Below are positions 39,351 to 52,894 of a stretch of 64,000 nt of DNA, in pieces. This DNA is from Mobula hypostoma. Lineage: Eukaryota. Location: contig NC_086118.1 of the NCBI RefSeq assembly GCF_963921235.1, forward strand, positions 28,336,001-28,400,000, written 5' to 3'. Both the position numbers and the translations under genes were made by a program. Positions within the stretch are counted from its first letter, which is position 1, and each line of letters begins with the position of its first letter. Below the pieces are notes generated by a model. It saw only the letters and a list, made by a program, of their open reading frames with translations. It made no database searches and had not been told where the DNA came from.

Positions 39351-41034
39351 AACTAGAAGTTCTTGGCTCAGAATGAAGCTATGTATTCCAGAGATGAAAT
39401 GTAGGCACCTTGGCATTCATACATTTCAGATACAAAAATATTAACTCCTGGGCTTCATTTGAAGAGTGACTTCTTCACTTCTTCCCTTACACAATAGGGA
39501 AGTGCAACCACTAACAGGGGAGTAGTGAAGCATGTAATGGCACAATGAAAGCAAAGGCATTGAGTAATCCTTGTGGGATGGAGGGTGACAGGAAGTTCAG
39601 GGCAGTGCAAAATATAACTTTCCTTGTGGACCTTTTGAGAATCATAACTGTTCATAGTGCCATGAAAGTTTCTGATTTATCTGTTAGAGACCCTACTGCA
39701 TTCAACTGAGCCTTTATTCTAAGAGATGACCCCACCTGTGCAATATAGACTTGCATTATGTACCCTTTTGTGATACACCAGCCTAGAAAGGTTCTGTAAG
39801 TTCAATTCTAAATTCCAACTGCCAAGTGTGATGTTCTGAAACCATTTTCAAGATTGCGTTGTGGATAATTAAGCTTTTAGTTTGCTTGTGGTCTGTGCAC
39901 ATATCATTCCTGTTTGGTTGGAGATTAGTGATTATAGTTGAGTTGTTGACTAATTTTTCTAAAACTTAGTGATTCATAAATAGAAATTCTAATTCATTGA
40001 TCTGAACTATATCATTCTAGGTATTTAAGTTGAAGGCTTGGAAAGCCATTCTTCCAATAATAGCACCTTCACTAGAAATTTTAGATAGATTATCTATCTG
40101 CTGATAATTTGCCTAGTTGTCCAAAATCTATCTTGAGAAACTTCTGATTATAGTTCACTATTTGGATTGGAAACACAGTTCCTTTGACAACAATTCTTTA
40201 GTCTGACCAAACATGTCACTGCACTGACATTTTCTAGTACAGCCTGGCATACAATAAATTGCTACATTTGACAACTTAAGTAAAGCAAAAATGCATGTTT
40301 ATCTGAGGAGCTTGTGTCTAAAATTATTAGATTGTGATTCATCGGAAAGTTACAGTTTGAATCAAAAGAAAATTTTTAAATGGCTGGAGGGAAGAAGAAA
40401 TCAAACAAGATTAGCCCTTTTTCTTGTGTGTTGAAGTTTGAAATTGTCTTGTATTTCAAACAGGAGTGCTTGATTTTTTTTAAGAATGTAAAGTAAGATA
40501 GATGAACAGAACTTGTTTACAGTAATTGAATGAGCTTTGCTTAATGCTGAATAAATTGATTCTGTTAGTGAGGCATAAATGATTGCCCAAATCCAGCTTG
40601 GCTGGCCAGTGATGTCTGTACTAGCTTCAAAAATACAACAACTTTGCAGTGATAATAAATGGTCAGTTAAATTATTTTAGCTTATAACAAAGAAGCCAAC
40701 AAAAACTAGCTATATTACTATAATCTTCTGATTTTTGCTAGAAGATGCCACCTTTTATTATATAATTTGAATAAACTGTTCAATATTTTGAAATGTTACC
40801 AGTTTTTGTTTCGGTTTTCAAGATTGTGATTTTTGTTATCAGTGTAATTAACTGAATGATAGATTTCTTAAAATTTCTTAAATAAGTGCTTCTTAATTGA
40901 GCACTTTGAGAACTGTAAGCTAGGCACAGACAGAGGTTGCAAATTTATGAGAGGTACTAACAGTTTCATAATTAAAGTTTATATGTGGACAGAAGCCAGA
41001 GAAATAATGTGAAAGGATTCTACTTGATAGTTAT

Positions 41035-41480
41035 AGAATAATAAGGCCCCAAAAGAAGCCCTTCAGTTCAACTCATACCTGCCAATCACAAAGCCCACCA
41101 AGCTAGTCCCATTTGTCTACATTTGAACCATATCCCTCTTACCCCTTCGTATCTAAGTACTTAACCAAACATCCTTTAAATATTGCTATTACACCTGATT
41201 CAAAATCTTCCTCTCTGTGAAGAAGTCCCTCAGATTGCTTTTAACCCTTTTTCACCTTGTTAAAAAAAAGAATGTGCCTTTACCCTAACTATATCCCTTA
41301 TGATTTTATGTATTTCTATCAGGAGGCCCCTCAGTCTCCTACAATCCAAGGAATAAAGTCATAGCCTGCCACGCCCTCGAGTCCTAGTAGCATCCTTGTA
41401 TGTCTTCTCTCTGTTCTTTGCTGAATAATGTTTTTCCTGTAACAAGGCAACTAAAATGGCACGCAAAATTCTAAGTGCCA
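41035..41480 (-). mobile_element. Old CR1 3' fragment
   Basis: Degenerate match to the 3' region of 30012-30600. Confidence 0.6.
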
Positions 41481-41845
41481 TCTCACCAAGCTCCTAACCA
41501 CAGTTTAATTTGTTTTTCTTGTGTATCTTGTTTGCAACATGCCGCTGCAAGTAAGTTTTTTCTCATTATACCTGTGCCTACATATACTTGTGCATATGCC
41601 AATCAGCTCAATTTTGAATTTATCGTCATGTCCCAATTCCTAAACTCAGTGCCCTGACCGGTGCATGTCCCAGTGCCAGTTACATTATTCACCATGTACT
41701 TTCATTGATGGACTTGTTAATTTTACTAAAGGGAAGCTGCCTTTCTCAGCACCAGTTTCCAGGTTTACCACTTTATTGGAACTTGAACACTTGCAGTATT
41801 TTACATTGCTTAACCTACTTTTGTAAATGAAAGTGGAAGATGATC

Positions 41846-41846
<1 letters not shown>

Positions 41847-41889
<43 letters not shown>
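41847..41889. repeat. (TG)n microsatellite
   Basis: About 21 TG units. Confidence 0.97.
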
Positions 41890-41892
<3 letters not shown>

Positions 41893-41969
41893 TGTATGCG
41901 TGCATGCGCATGCATAGGTGTCTGTACAGACATGTGAGACTCAAAGTTCCCTACCTCAGCCATATTAAT

Positions 41970-42152
41970 ATGAGAATCAGGTTTATTATCACTGACATAT
42001 GTTGTGAAATTTGTGCTTCCTTTGCAGCAGCAGTACAACACAATACATAAAAATACTATAAATTACAATAAGCTTAAGAAAATAAATAAGTCATGCAAAA
42101 AGTGAGATAGTGTTCATGGATTCACGATTCCTTCAGAAATCTGATGGTGGAG
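41970..42152 (-). mobile_element. Rex1/Babar 3' UTR fragment
   Basis: 'gaatcaggtttattatcactgacatatgttgtgaaatttg' matches the 3' ends at 10.4 and 63.7 kb. Confidence 0.75.
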
Positions 42153-42307
42153 AAGATTATACTTTTATTTTGTCCCCTAAAGAGAGAACTACATTCAGTG
42201 ATTTCCATAATTGAAATATGGAAAGGAACATAGCAATGGCCCTATGTTTTGGAAAATTTGTCATGTCACCTCTTATTTACAATTAAACAGTATAGATTGC
42301 AATATTT

Positions 42308-42926
42308 TAGATTTAGGTGATGAGGACACGCAGTCCTCTTTTATTGTCATTTAGTAATACATGCATTAAGAAATGATGCAATATTCCTCCGGTGTGATAT
42401 CACAGAAACACGAGACAGACCAAGACTGAAAAACTAACAAAAACCACATAATTATAACATATAGTTACAACAATGCAACAATACCATAACTTGATGAAGA
42501 ACAGGCCATGGGCACAGTAAAAAAGTTCAAAGTCTCTTGGAAGTCCCACATCTCACGCAGACGGGAGAAGGAAGAAAAATTTCCCTACCATGCCTGACCA
42601 CAGTCCGACTCTGAGTCATCCAATAACTTCAAGCCTCCAACCAGCCCTCCAACACCGAGTACCGAGCACCATCTGGCCGAATGCTTCGACCCCAGCCTCG
42701 GTCACCAGCAGCAGGCAAAGCCGGGGATTTTGGGCCTTCCCTCTGGAGGTTCTCAATCACACAGTAGCAGCAGCAGTGAACCGGGCATTTCAGAAGTTTC
42801 TCCAGATGTTCCTCTGTCTGTCTCCATCAAATCAGAATTGTGCACGGCATCCTACTTACAAATACGATATAATTTCACAGGAGAGCTGCACCCGCTGCGT
42901 CGCACGGCCATCGTCTCCTCCCGCCT
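42308..42926 (-). mobile_element. Non-coding retroposon, copy 1 of 2
   Basis: Colinear with 52895-53575 (cagtcctcttttattgtcatttag; tttcagaagtttctccagatgttcctc). Confidence 0.8.
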
Positions 42927-43193
42927 ATTAGACCTAAATCTAGTAATATTTCTTAACTTAATGCTCTCACAGTCTTTAAAAAAAAGACATAGAGGAAACC
43001 ATTTTGCATCTTGTAACTAAGTATATTCCCCATGTAATCATGAACCCATGCATCAAAGCCTCGGGTAGCTCTATTTGTTATTTCAAGCCTTTTGCTTCTC
43101 TCTTGTTGCTACTTCCTCTGCGGCCACTATGAACAACCTGTGTCTATAGGCACACCTTCCAATTGGTCACCAACTTCAGAATGTGGCCCTTTA

Positions 43194-43839
43194 CACTGAA
43201 CAACAATTTTTTTTGAAAGTGCTGTTTCCTCTTTTTTTTATTATGATAGACCACTAGAAGCTGAGCACAAATATAATATCAGACTATTTGTATTATGTAG
43301 GAATTTGGAGAAATAAGAAATTAAATATTATTGAATATAATGTGTTTAACTGCATAACAGGGCTGATGCTTGACGATTGTTCAAGTAAGCTGAAAATGTT
43401 TTGATGATTTTCATTTGTATTCGGTGACCGAAGCTTCTCGCTTAAATTCCAACAATAATCAGCCAGGATTGATGGATTCCAGTTGCCCTGATACCATCTC
43501 TCCATGACCACAATGTCCTGGTGAAACCTTTCACCATGCTCATCACTGACAGCACCAAGATTTGCAGGAAACGCAGGAAATGAATCATCGGTGACATGTT
43601 GCATTTCATGGTTTTGCATGCTTGAAGCATGTTGTTAACCAGCTGCACGTAGTTTGGTGCTCTGTAGTCATTAAGAAAATTTTCAGTAATATCCTTGAAT
43701 GCCTTCCATGTGACTTTCTCTGATTTTTTTTAAATGGTGCATGATAGGGAAATTTCATGGTGACTTTGATCATCAGCAACCCAAAATTCGAAAGATACAC
43801 TCAAAAGTATTCAGGAAGCAAAATCTTTGTTGTCCAGTG
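43194..43839 (-). mobile_element. Chapaev3-like (CMC) DNA transposon, internally deleted
   Basis: TIRs CACTGAACAACAA / TTGTTGTCCAGTG; transposase C-terminus MKCNMSPMIHFL...FPANLGAVSDEHGERFHQDIVVMERWYQGNWNPSILADYCW. The family name is from recall of this motif. Confidence 0.75.
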
Positions 43840-43947
43840 TAGTTTCATTGTTAACTCTGTTGCAACACACCTGGTTCTAAAACTGCAACACACATAAAAG
43901 TTGCTGGTTAACGCAGCAGGCCAGGCAGCATCTCTAGGAAGAGGTGC

Positions 43948-43983
43948 AGTCGACGTTTCAGGCCGAGACCCTTCATCAGGACT
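43948..43983 (-). ncRNA. Minimal type I hammerhead ribozyme motif (intact core)
   Basis: Minus strand: agtc-CTGATGA-agg(gtctcgg)cct-GAAA-c-GTC-gact. Confidence 0.7.
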
Positions 43984-44006
43984 AACGTCAGTCCTGTCAG
44001 GACATT

Positions 44007-44042
44007 AATCCTGACGAAGGGTCTCGGCCTGAAACGTCGACT
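44007..44042 (+). ncRNA. Minimal type I hammerhead ribozyme motif (one stem I mismatch)
   Basis: aatc-CTGACGA-agg(gtctcgg)cct-GAAA-c-GTC-gact. Confidence 0.65.
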
Positions 44043-45569
44043 GCACCTCTTCCTAGAGATGCTGCCTGGCCTGCTGCGTTCACCAGCAACTTTTATGTGT
44101 GTTGCTTGAATTGCCAGCATCTGCAGAATTCCTGTTGTTTGGTTCTAAAACTGGATTACTTTAACTCTATTACTTTAGTATACTAAAGAATTGCATGATA
44201 CTGCTCCTCGAAAGGTTAGCCGCTAAACTATAAAACTAGCCACAAAATTTAAAGTATTTTAAATATAGCTCACTCAAGAGAATATTTCAAGTAAAATGTA
44301 TTCATAAACTTTTCATAGCCTTGCGCTGAAGGAGATTAAATGACTTGCTGTTTCATGTACCAAAATAATCGTTGACTTCCTGTGAGGTGCGGGCACCTTT
44401 GCAATAGCATTACATATTTTGAAACGACTTGTATAATCTTGCCTGCTTTGTCCTTTCACCTCTGGATGACAATGGATATCAAATGAAGTTTCCATTGTAT
44501 GTCTTCAAAAGATTTGGACTTGCCAACAATTTTCATTAATATACAGGAAAATAAATTGAAAGCCAAAAGCCGATCCATCTCCCTGATTTTATTAACTTCT
44601 CATAATTGGAAGGATGGAAATTTCTAGGAACAGAAGAAAGATTTATATTGTTAACAGATTGCATTGGAATGAACTTGTGTTCTTTGCAATAGTTCGTTCA
44701 ATTAATGCATTTTTGTTTTAACAACATAATAGGCTCAATTCAAATATAACAGCCAGACTAGGCGCAGCCTTGACTCTGCCATCACAGCATGGAGTGAACC
44801 TGCCCTGTATTGGCTGGTGGCTGCATATTAGATTCAGTATATGCACAGCCAAGTACTGTAGACTCCAATGATCTCATCTGAAATGAGAACTACAGGATTT
44901 GCTTTCCCTCGATGCTAAAAACAGAGCAGGGCAGGTTAGTAAGATGAAGTGCCTGATTTACACAAACAAGGCAAGGCTCATGGAAGTACCAATGTCATCA
45001 GTTTACTATTTCTTTCATCAGAATGATTTTTTGTTCTGCGAATCTGAAAGGGGGTCTGCCTCTTGTTCACACCACTGATGGACCAGTAGGTGACGTCAAG
45101 GCTTTGTTTTCGGATGTCACCGTTCTGCTAATGCAGATGTGGTTCATCTATGGAATCACTTTTCAGCCTAAATAATAGTGTGCATGGACCTGCATTCTGA
45201 TCAAATTAATTCCTAAAATAATGTGTCTGTGTCTGGTTGGTCAGTCTCCTTGAAAAGTTCTCTCATTCCTAACATTTTCTTACCTAAATTAAAAAGCATT
45301 CCTTTACAGCCCTCCCTTCCAACAAATGCACTGATTGAGGATGTATTAAACTGCGGCTATCCAATCACTTTCTTTTACAGCCTTTCATGCCAGCTAAACC
45401 TGTCTGATGCTTCCACAACTATTTCTCCACTCATTAACCCACCACACACTAGTGCACTGAAGAATGACTTCATTAATCTGCTTTCTAACAGTGAGTGATC
45501 ACCTTAGTCATTTTCGTTGCAATCGCAATACCCTGTCAGACATTGGTGGTGTGGAATGCTGCAAATCCA

Positions 45570-46035
45570 ATTCACTGGTTTGTTGACAATCAATGGGTGT
45601 GGACGATGGGCGGGGGGGGGGGGGTGTATGCGTGTCCTAGAGAGGACTACGCCACAAGCCACAGTGTCTCCTGTCTGCAGCCGCCTGGGGGAGATATTGG
45701 ATTGGGGCACTCCACCGGAATGCAGCAGGTGGTGTGGCACTGAGCCCATGCTGGAGTCAGTGTTGCCCCCCAGTGTTCACTTGGCGGAAGACATGGTGTA
45801 TTGAGTTCTACTGCAGACTGCTGCAACATTCATGGACTCAGAGAATTGGACTATACTTTTTGTATGACTGTATTTTACTGCTATCTTACATGTGCTTGCT
45901 GCCTTGTATTTGCCTTGTGCTGTGTATGACTGTTGGTACTGTGTTTTGCAATTTGGCCCTGGAGTAACGCTGTTTCATTTGGTTGTATTCTTGGGTATTC
46001 ATGCATGGTTGAATGACAATTAAACTTGAATTTCA
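45570..46035 (+). mobile_element. Non-coding SINE-like element with a LINE-type tail
   Basis: GC-rich 5' part; 3' end 'gaatgacaattaaacttgaa' resembles the other LINE tails here. Confidence 0.5.
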
Positions 46036-46637
46036 ACATGAATGAAAATAAACAATCTTGAATCTTTAATCTCTATCTTCTGAAGGCTTTTCCTTATTCT
46101 TTTTCCTTCCTATTGTTAGCTGTTAAGCCCCTCTTCAAATCTACTGATGTCATTCTCCCCAAGTACCAACTCTTGACCATTCTTTGCAAATTATATTGCC
46201 CCATATTTCAAACTCCACCCCCTCTTCAAAATCTCTCTAGAAATATTGTGGCCTCTCAGATCTCTGCTCATTCTTCCCATTTAATATTCTTCCAAGATTT
46301 CTACCCCTTTGAAATGCAGCTAATTATTGCTGAGTTGGTTTCTTTTTCAAACTCAGTAAATGGCTTCTTTGTGATGATAAAATATTATCATTTGTCACTC
46401 CTTTCTCCTACCCCATGTTGCCCCAGCCCATTATCCCAAACTTTTGGCAAGTTGTAGGTTTTGATTGTCATTTTGATTGTCCATTATCTGAGTGGTGTGG
46501 GACTTTAGGTGCCTGATTCCATTCTCAATCAGTAGAAGGCTAAAGATCTCATGCAAAGGATGCCCTTGTTGTACTGTTGGTTTGGTATCGTTCAAGGATT
46601 TTCTCCATGATGGCCTCATTTTATTTTTGCTTGTTAG

Positions 46638-47570
46638 CAGCAGAATTAGGACATATTGGCCCATCGAGTCTGCTCTGTCGGTTTATCATGACTGATCCAT
46701 TTTTCTTCTCAGCCCCAATCTCCTTCCTTCCTTGCTGTATCCCTTCATGCCTTGAACAATTGAGAATCTACCAACTTCTGTCTTACGAATGTCCAATAAC
46801 TTGGCCTCCACAGCCATCTCTGGCAAAAAAAAATTCACAGATTTAGCACTCCGACTAAAGAAATTCCTCATCTCCTTTCTAAAAGGATGCCCCTCTATTC
46901 TGAGGCTGTGTCCTCTAGTCTTAGACACTCCCACCTTAGGAAATATCCTCTCCACATCCACTGATGCCTTTCGACATTTGATAGGTTTAACTGAGGTCAC
47001 CCATAGGTTTAAATGAGGTCACCCCTCATTCTTCTGAATTCCAGTGAGTGAAGGTCAAGAGCCATCAACATTCATTTGAAGCCTTTCAATCCTGGAATCA
47101 TTTTTGTGAACCTGTTTTGAACCGTCTCTAATAAGCACACCTTTCTTGGTTAAGGGGCCCAAAACTGCTCACAATACTCCAAGTGAGGCTTCACCAATGC
47201 TTTATAAAGCCTCAACATTGCATCTTTGCTTTTATATTCTAGTTCTCTTGAAATGAATGCTAACGTCTCATTTGCCTTCCTCACCATAGACTCAACATGC
47301 AAATTAACCTTCAGAGAATCATGCACAAGGACTCCCAAGTCCCTTTGTGCCTCAGATTCTTGAATTTTCTCTCCACTTAGAAAATTGTCTACCCTTTCAT
47401 TTCTTCTACCAAAGTGCATGACCATGCACTTCCTGACACTGTATTCCATCTGCAAATTCTTTGCCTAATCTGTCCAAATCCTTCTGAAGTCTCTCTACTT
47501 CCTCAAAACTACCTACCCCTCCATCTATCTTCATATTGTCTGCAAAGTTTGCAATAAAGCCATCAATTGC
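46638..47570 (-). mobile_element. CR1 LINE 3' fragment
   Basis: MLRLYKALVKPHLEYCEQFWAP, KTRGHSLRIEGHPF; contains a 22-bp duplication at 46981-47024. Confidence 0.92.
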
Positions 47571-47599
47571 TGCATTTACTTGTGCCTTTTGAGCCTAGC

Positions 47600-48400
47600 T
47601 GCGTCACTGTGTTAAATTCCACATGAATATTGATAATGCTCACTCATTCTTTTCACTAATTCTATATTGACATATTTCCAGAGAGCAGACATGTCTTCTA
47701 ACTGAGACCAAAGACATTGTCCTATTTTCCATCACGATCTCCATTCCTTAGAAATTGACTCCATTCTTTTCCCCAGCAACTCTCCAAGCTCAATCATAAT
47801 GCTTACAACCCAGTTGTTGTAAACTATTCTCAAATAGATTTCAAATCCCACAATTGTGTCACAATTACTTTTGGATAATTCCAATTTTGCCTAGTTTGAC
47901 TCTGCCCTATTTTGGCTAATTCATAGTTGAAATAATCTTCATGCTACTGTTATCTCTGTACTGCAATACATTGTTTCCCCTTCATGTATTTGAAATTATT
48001 TACGTTTCTGCAACATATCTGGAACTAAATCTCTTCACCCATTTTCCATGTACTTGTCGACTTGCATTAGCTCCTAGACTTAATAGCCTCATCTGTTTAC
48101 AATTCCTTCCTTTTCCCTGTAATCCTTATCAGACCTGCATTCCTTCCATCCAACTCCTAAACATCTGAATGTCCCAACTAATTGTCAGTAAATAAGAAAA
48201 AAATCAGATTTTGTCATCAAACTTTGGAATTCCCTTAACAGAAGATTATAGGTAATTCCAGAGTTTAGCTATGAATGCCCTAAACGCTGAATTTTCCTAA
48301 AATCTCCTTTGTGCTTGCTTTTAACATTTGGCCAGAGTTATGGCCATTTACCCGAATATATCTTTAAGACGTCATCATTAAATTTTGTAAAACTTTTTAA
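47600..48400 (+). mobile_element. Possible ancient L2-type LINE remnant (may include 45230-45500 and 46050-46440)
   Basis: C/T-rich composition only; no clear motif can be translated. Confidence 0.3.
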
Positions 48401-48509
48401 GAATCCTTTGGTGCAGGCTGATAACATTGGTTAACTCTCAGGAAAATCCAGTCTTCCTACTTTAAAAGGAAGAATTGTAATTATAAAATGATTTTTTTTA
48501 AAGTTAGCT

Positions 48510-48722
48510 TTATTTGTTCATTGCACATCCAAACAAAGTGAAATTTGTCTTTGCGTCAACAACCAATGCAGTTCAAGATTTGTGCTGGGGCGATCCATGC
48601 TTCTCTGCCAGTATAACATGCTACAACTCACTAACCCTAACGCTAACCCGTACATATTTGGAATGTGAGAGGAAACCAGAGCACCCGGAGGAGATCCTCA
48701 CTGTCAAACTCCTTACAGACAG
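48510..48722 (-). mobile_element. V-SINE-like remnant
   Basis: 'ggaatgtgagaggaaaccagagcacccggagga...caaactccttacagacag' is the V-core in antisense. Confidence 0.65.
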
Positions 48723-51591
48723 CCTGTTGTGGGAGGACTGCACCAGAGGGACAGAAGTGAAGTTTCACCTGTGCGTCCAAAGGTTCACTGAAGAAATGCA
48801 ATGTTCTGACCTTAATCCTGAGGATATCTGGCTCAGGACTTTTCAAAACAGAGAAGGAGGGTTCATGATAGTATTTATTGAGAATCTGGAGGTGGCCCAT
48901 CTGGAATAGAAATCCTACGTAAGTGCTGGAAGATGCATACCTCTCACAATCTCCCTTCCCAGTCAGTCACCCACCTTCCCAGTCTGTGGTTCATGGATTG
49001 GTTTCTTTAACTAAGTCAGAATGCACAAATCTGGAAGGGAAACAAGTCATCCTTGATTCTGAGGAACTGCTCAACAAGAACACAATGGCTGTGATTTGAG
49101 CCTTCTGATTGGCACACCAAATTCTTATTATGAAGCTTGTTAAATTCATTAAGCTGGCAATCAGTGGTTAAACTTAAATAATATAAAATTTTGCCATGAG
49201 GATTCTTTGAAGGTCTTTGATTTAATAATTGTCAGCAATATAATGCTGACAGCTCTATCTATAGGATAAATGAACATTATAAATGGCATCCACATTGATC
49301 CCTCAATTGATCACTTCATTATTCCTCACTTAGATTGCACAATTTAGTATAGCGTTCAGACTTCAATACAGTGGCTTAATATGCAAGAAAGCCTATGTTA
49401 ATTCATTTTGGTTCCCCTTGTGCAGTCATTTTATTGGATGCTTTCATTATTTGTCATTCTGTAATCTGATCTACATTGAAACCATTCTTACACATCGGTT
49501 CTGATATCCTCGAGCTAAACCTGTTGGCAATCAGAAGACTATAGTGCACCGGGTTAAACTTTTAGGCACTGGAAAATAAAACACTTGACTCTTACGATGC
49601 AGCTTCAATTGCAGAACTATTTAATTTTGCTTTGAATAACCCACTTGTGATTTTTCATGAAAGTATCTTCCAGTAAACCGGAGGCTAGTATCATTATCCT
49701 CACACTATATTTTCCATGTAGTTGTCATTCTGCTTCGAGGCTAAAGGGGATCAAAATTAAATTGAGGGAAAAGCTTCCGTAGCATTATACTCTGATGTTG
49801 TGGTGAAGCTTTCTTTTTAAACTCTGAACAAAAATTAAATTTGAACAATTTGTTTTAAATGATTATCAATCAAATTGCATTGTACAGATGTATATTTAGG
49901 AAACACAGTTGCCGTCTTCTGGTAGGTTATTTTAAGCTTATGAATGTAGTCACGTGCTCAGTTTTTAAGCCACAAGCTGACAATGCTGCTTCAGTGTGTG
50001 ATACAAACATATGATCAGCACATGGTAATGTGGTAATATGGTGCATTCATGATTGCACAGACTGAAGAAATTATATCAGGCATGCACTTGTAGAAAAGCA
50101 ACTCTTGATACGATAAACTGTATGCTGTGGATACAACTAAATGCTGTTTGTTGTACTAATGGACAGAGTCAGAATTTCAGGTACGTTATAGAACTTCTAT
50201 TTTAATTTTTTTTGTGCTTACTGCGAACTGTGTAAACTGTTCCATTTGAGGTTTGCAACTTTTCTGGCCAAGATTCCTTTTCCTCAGCAGACAGTGTCTG
50301 TCTTTCATTTAGCCTTCCTACTAGAATTATCGAGGCTGTGAGTCTACAAAGAAAAGGATGTACATTTTATTGGAATAATAAAGCATTTTTGTAACAGTCG
50401 TGTGCTTCTAATCAGTAAATATTTTTCATCAACAATCACAAGTTAAACCTCGAAGTGCCTCTCTTTCTAAACTGTAATGATTTAGAGTGGGGGCAGAGAG
50501 GAATGTGTTGCTCATAATTCTGTCTCTGATCCAGTACTGCAATTTATAATCTTAAAGTTACGTTCAAAGAAAATAGCCATAAAGTGCCTTTTATTCTTGT
50601 AGTGACTGACTGTTTTTATTTAACAAAAAAGTAGATATATGGTTTGTACCACAATTGGAAGGGTGCTCCTTATATAGAAGAACGAACGCTGACAGTAGCC
50701 AGTAGAAGATATGGCTGCAGTTCTTTGGAAAATATTTAATGTGAGCTTTTTCATAAAAGAAATCCAGTTTGTTGGCACTTCTTCCCTGTCATCGACTGAC
50801 ATTTTCTTGTTAGGTTTTGAATGTTATTATGGTCTGCAAAGCATTAAAAATCCTGATTTCTTAAACTTGACATAGGGAGATCAGTATCCAACCTTTAATA
50901 TAAATTAATGTTAAGTTATTCTACAGATATTAATTAGCAGTCATGCAAATGCTTTTTGAATACAACTTAAAATGCTTCCCATGATTTAACATTTTGCCAA
51001 GAAATTTGATAGCTCTTTGGAATGAATGTTCTTTTTAATATTGAAAAGAGTAGGTGATGGTGATTCCATTTTAAGGTCTTTGTATGAATGAAAAGTTCTA
51101 ATATGATTAACAACTTCAAAGGAGAAGTTTTGATGAAGTATTAGCAGCCGTAACATTGAAATTAATTCTATTAATCAACAACCTCCTTGCTTCTGGTCAT
51201 CATCATTTCCTTTATTCTTACACTACCATGTTCCCTTTATCTTTCCCTAAAAGCTACAGGTCAAAAATTGATTCAGATGAAAATCATTAATATTGTTTTG
51301 TGATGAGAAGGAACGTCTTTCCTGGATGTAATCTCAAAAAAATGGAGTTGACCATATAATTACAGTATATTCTGCTAGATTCATTTAATAAACCAATGAT
51401 TATTCTTGGTGAATCATCCATCTATTGCTGAGCATCATGCCCATGGATCGTCTTGAGCAAAGAGCAAAAAAAAACAAAGCTGTCACCTCATATTTCCCAA
51501 TGGATTCGGAAAAATGAGATCATTTCCTGTGTACTCTCCTGGGATTCAATTTTTTTCCTGGTATACTTTTAAGATCACAACTGACCTTCAC

Positions 51592-51713
51592 AGTATAGGG
51601 AGAGTTGTTTTCAACTTGTAAACCTGTTATTCATAATGCTTAATTTAATTAAGTATAGGGAGAGTTGTTTTCAACTTGTAAACCTGTTATTCATAATGCT
51701 TAATTTAATTAAG
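51592..51713. repeat. Perfect 60-bp tandem duplication
   Basis: 51592-51651 equals 51652-51711, with 2 nt (AG) of extra junction homology. Confidence 0.95.
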
Positions 51714-52894
51714 AAATTTTGGGATTTCAATAACAAAAACAAGTATTGAGTGGTAGTGCTAATTTTAATTTGAAGGAAATGTGATGGTTAATTGGTGCTT
51801 GTCTTCAGTTGGCAAGAACTAAACAGAATTTTCTGTCTCAAGGACCATTTGCCCAATACAATTGAATGAAGCAACTAAAGTGATTTGCTCTATTGTCCTG
51901 CTTCAGTTGCTTTTTATTTGTATGAATGGATGCTAACATTCTGCTAATAAGGCATGCTGACAATACCAAAGAAGGTCACTCTCTTGAATATTAGTGTCCA
52001 TTAAAGGCTTAGATATTACCCAAATACAGCATACCATTGTTCCAAACCAATGTAAAATAATTTAGCTTTTATATATTAAAAAAATCATTTGTATAGTTAT
52101 TTTAAGGTATTTCAGTTTATACCACCAATATGATTTACCAGCTATTAATGAACATTAATGCTAATGAGTCTGAAAACTTTACTGAATTCCATTGTCATAC
52201 AGTTTCATAGCAATGGTTGGTAAAGAAATCCATCTAGATTACTTCAATCAATAGTAAATTATACAATTAGCTGCTTCATGCAAATTTAAGATTGAGCTGT
52301 AAGAAGATAATAGACAATTGTTTTCTAAGAGACAATTCTGTCTGATTAATCACCGTTGATTTATTGCTCACTGATGTTCATTTGATAGAACTATGATAGC
52401 TTCATCTCTTAAATGAATAAATGTTCTATGACTGTTGCTACTCTTGAACATTATTAATTTCCTCCAGAAGTGCAGTAAGCTATTGCCTGATTCACTTTGA
52501 TCCTCTGATGAAGTTACTTCTATACCTCTGGGTACGGAGTTCCACCCTGACTCAGTGGTAGTGGTGATGATGATGAATCAGTGATCTACCTCCAAGCTAG
52601 AATGGTATGGCAGAAGAACTACCTGTAGGTGTTGTTGTTGTCATGTGTCTACTGCCCTTGTCCTACCCTGTAGAAGAAGCTCTCAGTTTGGGATATATCA
52701 CTGCAGTAGCCTTGCCAAGTAATAGTAGTGCAACTTTGTGTGTGTGATGGAAGAAAGGAATATTTTGGGATGATGGATAAGGATCTAATTAACCAGATGA
52801 CAAGAGACTGAAAATGCAGGAATCATTCTGATAGAGCGGTTTGACCTGAAATGTCAACAATTCCCCCTCCCTCTCTGCCCACCCCAAACAAGAT

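Larger units (their letters stand above)
43886..44139. mobile_element. Palindromic Penelope-terminus mini-element with 14-bp TSD
   Basis: Near-perfect inverted arms of about 105 bp (43885-43989 and 44001-44105) with an 11-nt spacer; TGGTTCTAAAACTG at 43872-43885 and 44140-44153. Confidence 0.92.

Noticed and set aside
44811..44852. Small hairpin (ttggctg...tgcatat / atatgca cagccaa)
   Set aside because: The stem is too short and bulged for a miRNA precursor, and I recognise no known mature sequence.
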